Positions 57,680 through 64,000 of a stretch of 64,000 nucleotides of DNA are shown here, in pieces (position 1 is the first letter of the stretch; each line of letters begins with the position of its first letter). The position numbers were made by a program, and so were the translations under genes. This stretch comes from an uncultured Chloroflexia bacterium (GTDB lineage: Bacteria; Chloroflexota; Limnocylindria; Limnocylindrales; CSP1-4), in NCBI GenBank assembly GCA_963719285.1, contig CAVRBO010000004.1:95103-159102 (forward strand), given 5' to 3'. The notes beneath the pieces were generated by a model, which was given only the letters and a program-made list of their open reading frames with translations, was not told the DNA's origin and did no database searches.

Positions 57680-59422
57680 GTGTCATTCGTTCATCGGTCG
57701 GGACTGGGCCCCCGCGTGTTTGCCGCGCTTGCGGCTGCCGTCCTCCTCCTGGCGCTTATCGCCGGATCGGTCGCGGCATCCGACAGTCACGGCGCTCTTC
57801 GCGACTCGTTTGTCGCACCGCGCTACGGCACGCCCGCGACGGTCATCCGGTTCTCGGTCACGTTCCAGGGTCAAGGCGAACGCTCCCACGCGCATGTCGA
57901 CGTCCTTGTCGACGGCGTCGCTCACGCGATGGCGCGCTCGGGAATGCCACTGCTCACGGGCGTGCGCTTCAGCCTGTTCACCACCCTCGGCCTCGGCACG
58001 CACGGGATCGCGTTCCGCGGCGCCGACGGGCAGTCGAGCGCCACGCTGCCGGCCGGGTCTGTCACGATCGCGGCCGATCCGGGCGGCGATCCGAGCGCTG
58101 GCGGGAGCGGCGGCGGTACCGGTCCGGGCGGCCAGCCGCGCCCCACGGCGACCCCGCCCGTGGCGACCCCACCTTTGGCGAATCCGACGCCGCCCGCGGC
58201 GACCCGGCCGCCGCCCGCTCCCACGCCGAAGCCGAAGCCGACGCCCACGACGGCTCCCGCGGCGACCACGGCCCCGGCGGCACCCACGGCTCCGGCGACG
58301 CCCGGCGCCACGCCCACCCCCGGCGATGGGGGAACACATGACGGCGTCGGGCCTTCGCCCGGCTCCTCCACCGGCGGTGCCCAGGCGACCTCGCTCGATG
58401 TGCCTGGCGCCGCCGACCACACAAGCGGTCCTGGCGGTGGTCCGGCGACCGGCGGCTCATCCGCCGGCGCCCCGCCGACCGCGGGTCGGGAGTACGACTC
58501 CGCCGGCGCGATCGTCTCGTCCCCGACCCCCTCGCCGGAGGGCCTCGCTCTTGGCCTGACCGGCATGCCCGAAGCCGGAGGCGGCGGCGCGGGCGGTTCG
58601 GGAGGGTCCGGTCCGACAGGTGGCAACCTCGACGACCGGACCCTCAGCCTCCTCACCGGCACCGTCGGCGACATCCCGCCCGCGACGCGGATGCTCGTGG
58701 CCGCCATCTCGACCACGACCGCGACGACCGCCGCGGCCGCGTTCTTCCTGTTCGGCAAGCGCCGTCGCGACGGTGAGCCGCCGGAGCCGGACGAGGTCCT
58801 GGCCGCCAACGCCGCGCGCCTGTCCGACCGACCCTCGTCGTCCCTGGTCCCGGTGGACGCGCCCGGCAGCGGCGCTCGTAACGCCGATGAGAATGCGATC
58901 CCACGCTGGCGCCGACCCTCGCTGATCGAGGCTCGCAAGGCCGATCCCCGTTACTCGGCCACCGCCCCCCACGGACGGCAGTCCTTCAATCACGGCGGCG
59001 ACCCGGACACGGCCGGCGCGGAACGCCGGCGGATCCGCTATCGCGCGGTCAGCCTGCTCGATGCACCGGACCCCCTCCGATCCGCCGCGATCGGCGACCT
59101 TGACGAGGGCGACGAGGTCCAGCTGCTCGAGCGTTCGGGCGGCTACTGGCTCGTGCTCTGCCCGGACGGCTTGCAGGGCTGGGTGCACCGGATGACCCTC
59201 GGCGACGTCGTCGAGTACGAAGGTGGTTCGAGTGCGTTCAACACCGCCCGTCGCTCGTTCGCGACCCGTGTCGCGGATCCGGCCGAGACGGTGCGAGAGG
59301 GCGAGGCGGTCGACCCGAGCGCGACCGGCGCCACCCCTGCCGACCGGTCGATGGCCGAGGATGGCACCGACCTCCTGAGCGCCTACATCGCCCGCCGCCA
59401 CGCGACGTTCGGCAAGGGCTGA
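57680..59422 (+). CDS. Single-pass membrane protein with Pro/Thr/Gly linker and C-terminal SH3-like domain
   Basis: Signal peptide, beta domain, low-complexity linker, AAAFFLFGKRRR, then IGDLDEGDEVQLLERSGGYWLVLCPDGLQGWVH. Confidence 0.75.
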   Translation: MSFVHRSGLGPRVFAALAAAVLLLALIAGSVAASDSHGALRDSFVAPRYGTPATVIRFSVTFQGQGERSHAHVDVLVDGVAHAMARSGMPLLTGVRFSLFTTLGLGTHGIAFRGADGQSSATLPAGSVTIAADPGGDPSAGGSGGGTGPGGQPRPTATPPVATPPLANPTPPAATRPPPAPTPKPKPTPTTAPAATTAPAAPTAPATPGATPTPGDGGTHDGVGPSPGSSTGGAQATSLDVPGAADHTSGPGGGPATGGSSAGAPPTAGREYDSAGAIVSSPTPSPEGLALGLTGMPEAGGGGAGGSGGSGPTGGNLDDRTLSLLTGTVGDIPPATRMLVAAISTTTATTAAAAFFLFGKRRRDGEPPEPDEVLAANAARLSDRPSSSLVPVDAPGSGARNADENAIPRWRRPSLIEARKADPRYSATAPHGRQSFNHGGDPDTAGAERRRIRYRAVSLLDAPDPLRSAAIGDLDEGDEVQLLERSGGYWLVLCPDGLQGWVHRMTLGDVVEYEGGSSAFNTARRSFATRVADPAETVREGEAVDPSATGATPADRSMAEDGTDLLSAYIARRHATFGKG

Positions 59423-59471
59423 GCCAGGTTCCCACGAGTCGCGGCCGGCGCGACGTCCCGGCCGGCTTGTG

Positions 59472-60416
59472 TCAGCCGCGCGCGGCCCGGCGGCGCGGTC
59501 CCGCCCGATCGTCGCGCTTGAGCACGAGGATGTGCTGGTGGGCGATGTTCGGCACGAATGTCGTCGGATAGCCGTATGGCCGCAGGCGCGTCCCCGCCTG
59601 GTACCAGATGAGGTCTCCCTTGGGCACGAGGCCGACCGTCGCCGCTCGCTCCGCGAGATCGGCGCCGGTGAACCAGTACCGGCCGTCCTGGTATGCGTCA
59701 CGGACGATCACGCAGGCGTACCCGCCCGTGCGCAGGACCCGGCGCAGCTCGCCCAGCGCCAGGGTCATCCGGTCGAGGAAGGCCGGGTAGTCGGCGCTGT
59801 TGGCGAAGTCGGCCGGGTCCTGGGTGACCATCGCGTAGTCGGTCCGGCGGTTGGCGTGGGTCTTCGAGAGCGGTCCGCCCGCCATCGTCTGGGCGAGCTG
59901 GACGTTGTAGGGCGGGTCCGTGGCGACGAAGTCGACCGAGCCGGGCGGCAGCGTCGGCAGGACGGCCAGCGCGTCGCCGACGCGCATCTCGCAGCCGCTC
60001 GGATCGAAGGTCCGGACGCCGGCCGGATCCACGGGTCCCAGGTCGGCGAGGAGCGGCCCGGCGCCGTCCCGCTCGGCCAGCAGGTCCCGGACGACGTCGG
60101 CGTAGATGTCCGCCCAGCGCGGCTCGAGCTCGATCCCGAGCGCGCGGCGCGGACCCTGGGCGATGGCCGCTCCCAGGAGCGTGCCGCCGACCCCGGCGAA
60201 CGGGTCCAGGACGAGCTCGCCGGTCCGGCTGAAGAACTCGATGAGCCGGGCCATGAGCCGGGGCGGCTTGTTCGCTCCATGGCGCTTGCGCTGGGCGTGC
60301 CCCAATTCGGACGGATAGGCCGTCCCCCAGACGGACTTCGTGAAGTAGAGCCACTCCTCGCCGGGCAGCTCGTTGAGCGTGTTGCCGGCGTGGGGTGCGC
60401 GGCGCGGGACGGTCAT
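59472..60416 (-). CDS. N4/N6 DNA (or RNA) methyltransferase, orphan
   Basis: HGANKP, VLDPFAGVGGT (motif I), TDPPY (motif IV), RVLRTGG. Confidence 0.85.
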   Translation of the reverse strand: MTVPRRAPHAGNTLNELPGEEWLYFTKSVWGTAYPSELGHAQRKRHGANKPPRLMARLIEFFSRTGELVLDPFAGVGGTLLGAAIAQGPRRALGIELEPRWADIYADVVRDLLAERDGAGPLLADLGPVDPAGVRTFDPSGCEMRVGDALAVLPTLPPGSVDFVATDPPYNVQLAQTMAGGPLSKTHANRRTDYAMVTQDPADFANSADYPAFLDRMTLALGELRRVLRTGGYACVIVRDAYQDGRYWFTGADLAERAATVGLVPKGDLIWYQAGTRLRPYGYPTTFVPNIAHQHILVLKRDDRAGPRRRAARG

Positions 60417-60651
60417 CGCGTCCAAGCCTAAGCCCCCGACCCGAGCGCCGTGGGCGGGAGTGCCCGCACGGGGCACGCCTCGCCGCGCCGTCCGACGGAC
60501 GTCAACGGACCCCCGGTGAGGGTTACCGGGGGTCCGTTTCGGGAAAGGCTCGAGCGGCCCGAAGTGCCAGGGCCCTGCCTTCCTGTACGCCGGCGTGGAA
60601 CCATCGGATGGATCGCGGCCGGCCACGCTCCCCCGCGGCCTAGAATGGCCC

Positions 60652-63600
60652 ATGGCCGTGAGGTTCACGAGCGCGCGGTTCGTGGGGCGGGAACGCGAAC
60701 TGGCGCGGTTGGCCGTCGCGCTCGATCAGGCGTCGGGGGGCCGCTCGACGACCCTGCTCATCGGTGGCAGCGGCGGGCTTGGAGCGTCACGCCTCCTGAC
60801 CGAGACCGAGCGCCGCCTCGCGTCGCTGCCCGGATCGTTCACGGTGATCCGCGGCCACCCCACCGCCGCGCAGTCGGCGGATCCCTATGCCCCGATCGTC
60901 GCGGGTCTCGACCCCGTCCTCGCGGCCATCCCCGATGCCGAGCTCGGGGCCGTCCTCGGTCCGGGCGCGGCGGACCTCGCGAGCCTCTTCCCGGCGCTCG
61001 GGGCCCGCATCGAGCGGCTCGGTATCGCGTCGGGCAGGCCTTCGATCACCCTGCCCGAACGCCGCCAGGCGCGGCTCATGGAACGGCTCCTCGGCGTGTT
61101 CGCGGCCCTCGGCGCGCGCCAGCCCGTGCTGCTCGTCGTGGAGGACCTCCATCGGGCCGATGCGGCGACCCGGGCCGTCGTCACGTTCCTGGCCCGGATC
61201 AGCCGTCCCTACCGGCTCGCGCTCGTGGCGACGTTCCAGCTGGACGAGGTGACGAGGAGTCACGCGCTGCACGCTGACATCGCGGCGATGGCCGACACGC
61301 CCCGGCCGCCCGAGCGGATCGACCTCGCCCCGTTCGGGCGGGACGAGCTGGCCGACCTCGTGGAGGGGATCGAGGGGGAGCGGCCATCCGCGTCCGTCCT
61401 GCTCCTCGTGGCGGAACGGTCGCTCGGCAATCCGCTCGTCGCCGAGGAGCTGCTGGCCGCGCGGCGCGAACACGGGGGCGCGCTCGTCAGCGGATCCCTC
61501 GCGGAGCTGGTCGTGGGTCGGGTGGGCCGACGCTCCCCCGAGTGCCGCCGCGCCCTCCGGCTCCTGGCCGCGGTGGACGGTCCCGTCACCCGCCCCCAGC
61601 TCGGGCGCATCGTCGAGGTCCTCGAGTCGAGCGCGACCCGCCCCGCGCCACGCTCCACCTCGCTGCCACGTCGTGGCGGCGGCGCGCTCGAGGCGGACCT
61701 CCTGGCCGGCCTCGACGAGGCGGTCCAGCACGGATACATCGTGATCGAGGTCGACGCCGCGGGCGTGGACACGATCCGCTTCCGCCATGAGCTCATCTCT
61801 CGCGCGGTCGCGGCCGACCTGCTCCCGGTCACCCGCCGTCGCCACATCGCAGCTGTCGCCAGCGCGTTCCGGGACGCGCCCGCGGCGGCGGCACGCGCGT
61901 GGATCGCGGCCTATGACGTGGGCCGGGCGCGGGCCGCATCGCTCGCCGCCGCGGAACGGGCCGAGGCCGTCGAGGCGGCCGAGGACGCCTTCGAACATCT
62001 CGAGCTCGCACTCGAACTGGCCGATCCGGTGGGCACCGCCGTGGACCTTGCGACGCGGGCGACCGCCGCCGAGGGCCTGCCGGGGCTCCAGGCCCGTGCC
62101 GCCGAGGCCGCGTTCGTGGCCGGCCGTCCGCTGCTCGCCGCCGCATTCGCCGAGTCGGCCATCGCCCGGCTCGACGAGCGGCGCGAACGGGTCCGTCTCG
62201 GGCTCCTCAGTGAGCGACTGGGACGCTACCGCAGGGCCGCGGGGGATCCCGACGGGGCGCTGGTGGCGCACCGCCGCGCCGTGGAGCTCATGCCTCCCGA
62301 GCCGAGCCGCGAACGGGCCCTGGTCCTGGCCTCGCTCGCCCAGGTGAAGATGCTCGAGGGCACGTTCTCCGAGGCCGAGCGCTATGGCGAGGAGGCGGTC
62401 GGAGTCGCCCGGGCCGTCGGCGACGATGCCCGGGACACCGAGGCCCACGCGCTCACGACGCTCGGTGTGACGCGCGGCTGGGGCGACGATCCCGAGTCGG
62501 CACTCGAGTTGCTCCACCGGGCGCGGGTGATCTCCAACGAGCTCGGCCTGCTCGACGAGTACTTCCGCGCGACCGCGAACCTCACCACGGTCCTGGACCT
62601 GCTGGGCCGGCGGGCCGAGGCGGTCGACATCGCGTACGAGGGCATCGCGGAGGCGGCGCGGGTCGGGCTCGAGGCCGTCTACGGCAACTTCCTCGGCGGC
62701 AACGCCGCCGATTCGCTCTTCCAGCTCGGTCGATGGAACGAGTGCCGGGACCTGAGTCTGCGCGCCCTCGAGTGGGCGCCGGGCGGCGTGAACTTCGTCA
62801 ATGCGGTCGTGAACCTGGCCATCGTCGAGATCGAATCGGACGGCGGCGAGCTGGCCGGGCGCCTGCTCGGCCAGATCCTCCTGGAGGTCGAGGCTGTCGC
62901 CGATTCCCAGTTCACGGTCCCGGTCTATCAGGCCGCCGCCTCCTACGCGCTCTGGCATGCCGACCTGGCCGACGCACGGCGGGCGGTGGACAGGGGCTGG
63001 GCCGCCGCCGTCAAGACCGAGGACTGGGTCCTCGTGGCGAGGATGGCCGCGACGGCGCTCGAGGTGGATGCCGCGATCGCGATCGACGCGCGCGAGCGAC
63101 GCGACCTGGCGGTCCTCGCAGCGGCCCGTCAGCGGTCGGGCGAGGTGCTCGCCCGGGCCGAAGCCGCGGTCGCCGCGTCCGGCGTCGCGCCGACGGTGGG
63201 CACCCGGCGGGGAGCCGACGCGGCTCTTGCGGCCGCCCGCGCCTACCGCGCCCGTCTGGATGGCCACGATGACGGCAAGGCGTGGGACGTCGTCGCGGGC
63301 CTGTGGGCCGGGTTCGGCGATCGCTACCAGTCGGCGCGGGCCCGCTGGCGTCAGGCGGAGGCGCTCCTCGTGGCGAACGTCGACGCCAGGGCCGGACGGG
63401 CCGAGGCGAAGGGCCCGCTGAACCAGGCGGTGGAGATCGCCCGCGAGCTCGGCGCGCGGCCGCTCCTCGGGGAGCTCCGGGAGCTCGCCGGCCGCGCGCT
63501 CATCCGCCTGGCCGACGATCTCGATGACGAAGCCGGCGTGGGCGCGTCACCGGTCGGGGTCACATCGGGCAGTGCCGTGGCGGCCGCCGCGCAGCGTCAG

Positions 63601-63984
63601 GACGCGGCAGGCGCAGCGGCCCGGAGCGCGGAGGCAGCCTGGCACGCCGCCGGGAACGGGCGCCGGCGCGGGGCCGGCCGGTCGAAGGGAGCGGATCCCG
63701 GCGTCGACGATGGCGCCACCGGCCCCGGGTCGGAGCTCCTCCGCGGGTTCGTCGGCGAGCCGGCTCCGCGGCGCGGGGACGCGTTCGGGCTCAGCCCGCG
63801 CGAGCACGAGGTCCTCGGGCTCATCGCCCAGGGCCGCACGAACCGCGAGATCGGCGAACGGCTCTTCATCAGCCAGAAGACCGTGGGCGTCCACGTCGGG
63901 AACATCCTGTCGAAGCTCGACGTGTCCGGCCGCGTCGAGGCCGCCGCCGTCGCGATCCGCCTCGGACTCACCGAACGCCGCTGA
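60652..63984 (+). CDS. AAA-ATPase/TPR/LuxR-HTH transcriptional regulator
   Basis: FVGREREL, LLVVEDLHRAD, GNPL..EE, TPR-like middle, LSPREHEVLGLIAQGRTNREIGERLFISQKTV. Confidence 0.92.
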   Translation: MAVRFTSARFVGRERELARLAVALDQASGGRSTTLLIGGSGGLGASRLLTETERRLASLPGSFTVIRGHPTAAQSADPYAPIVAGLDPVLAAIPDAELGAVLGPGAADLASLFPALGARIERLGIASGRPSITLPERRQARLMERLLGVFAALGARQPVLLVVEDLHRADAATRAVVTFLARISRPYRLALVATFQLDEVTRSHALHADIAAMADTPRPPERIDLAPFGRDELADLVEGIEGERPSASVLLLVAERSLGNPLVAEELLAARREHGGALVSGSLAELVVGRVGRRSPECRRALRLLAAVDGPVTRPQLGRIVEVLESSATRPAPRSTSLPRRGGGALEADLLAGLDEAVQHGYIVIEVDAAGVDTIRFRHELISRAVAADLLPVTRRRHIAAVASAFRDAPAAAARAWIAAYDVGRARAASLAAAERAEAVEAAEDAFEHLELALELADPVGTAVDLATRATAAEGLPGLQARAAEAAFVAGRPLLAAAFAESAIARLDERRERVRLGLLSERLGRYRRAAGDPDGALVAHRRAVELMPPEPSRERALVLASLAQVKMLEGTFSEAERYGEEAVGVARAVGDDARDTEAHALTTLGVTRGWGDDPESALELLHRARVISNELGLLDEYFRATANLTTVLDLLGRRAEAVDIAYEGIAEAARVGLEAVYGNFLGGNAADSLFQLGRWNECRDLSLRALEWAPGGVNFVNAVVNLAIVEIESDGGELAGRLLGQILLEVEAVADSQFTVPVYQAAASYALWHADLADARRAVDRGWAAAVKTEDWVLVARMAATALEVDAAIAIDARERRDLAVLAAARQRSGEVLARAEAAVAASGVAPTVGTRRGADAALAAARAYRARLDGHDDGKAWDVVAGLWAGFGDRYQSARARWRQAEALLVANVDARAGRAEAKGPLNQAVEIARELGARPLLGELRELAGRALIRLADDLDDEAGVGASPVGVTSGSAVAAAAQRQDAAGAAARSAEAAWHAAGNGRRRGAGRSKGADPGVDDGATGPGSELLRGFVGEPAPRRGDAFGLSPREHEVLGLIAQGRTNREIGERLFISQKTVGVHVGNILSKLDVSGRVEAAAVAIRLGLTERR

Positions 63985-64000
63985 GCCCAGCGAACGCCGC

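Overview
High-GC bacterial chromosome window with about 60 genes. The Pro/Ala/Ser-rich lipoproteins, pervasive leaderless promoters and gene set suggest Chloroflexota (Limnocylindria-like); that is an inference. Main blocks: (i) fumC and a phenylacetate-type cluster (flavin reductase, hydrolase, paaF, DUF1444-like, paaG, paaABCD, paaH, thiolase) with no paaE/K/Z in the window, whose PaaH carries a ~335-aa Pro/Ala N-terminal extension; (ii) IscA/ErpA, LON-N, a Mo oxidoreductase, GT2/flippase/HAD and an SH3-protein/C39-like peptidase pair; (iii) a quaternary-amine catabolic cluster (enolase-family enzyme, ALDH, non-pyrrolysine MttB, DMG dehydrogenase-like, Sox-like subunits, Fe-ADH, IclR) divergent from an osmoprotectant ABC importer; (iv) a MerR regulator with TipA-like architecture, ATP-dependent ligase, a rhodanese/PLP enzyme pair, a rare tRNA-Ile(UAU), a ferric reductase-FMN-binding-ApbE flavinylation operon, a NERD protein, an orphan permuted methyltransferase and a large AAA-LuxR regulator. 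Several intergenic gaps hold REP/MITE-like palindromes. About nine genes show single-indel frameshifts, most likely long-read errors. No CRISPR, integrase or transposase was seen. All calls come from reading motifs by eye; no searches were run.
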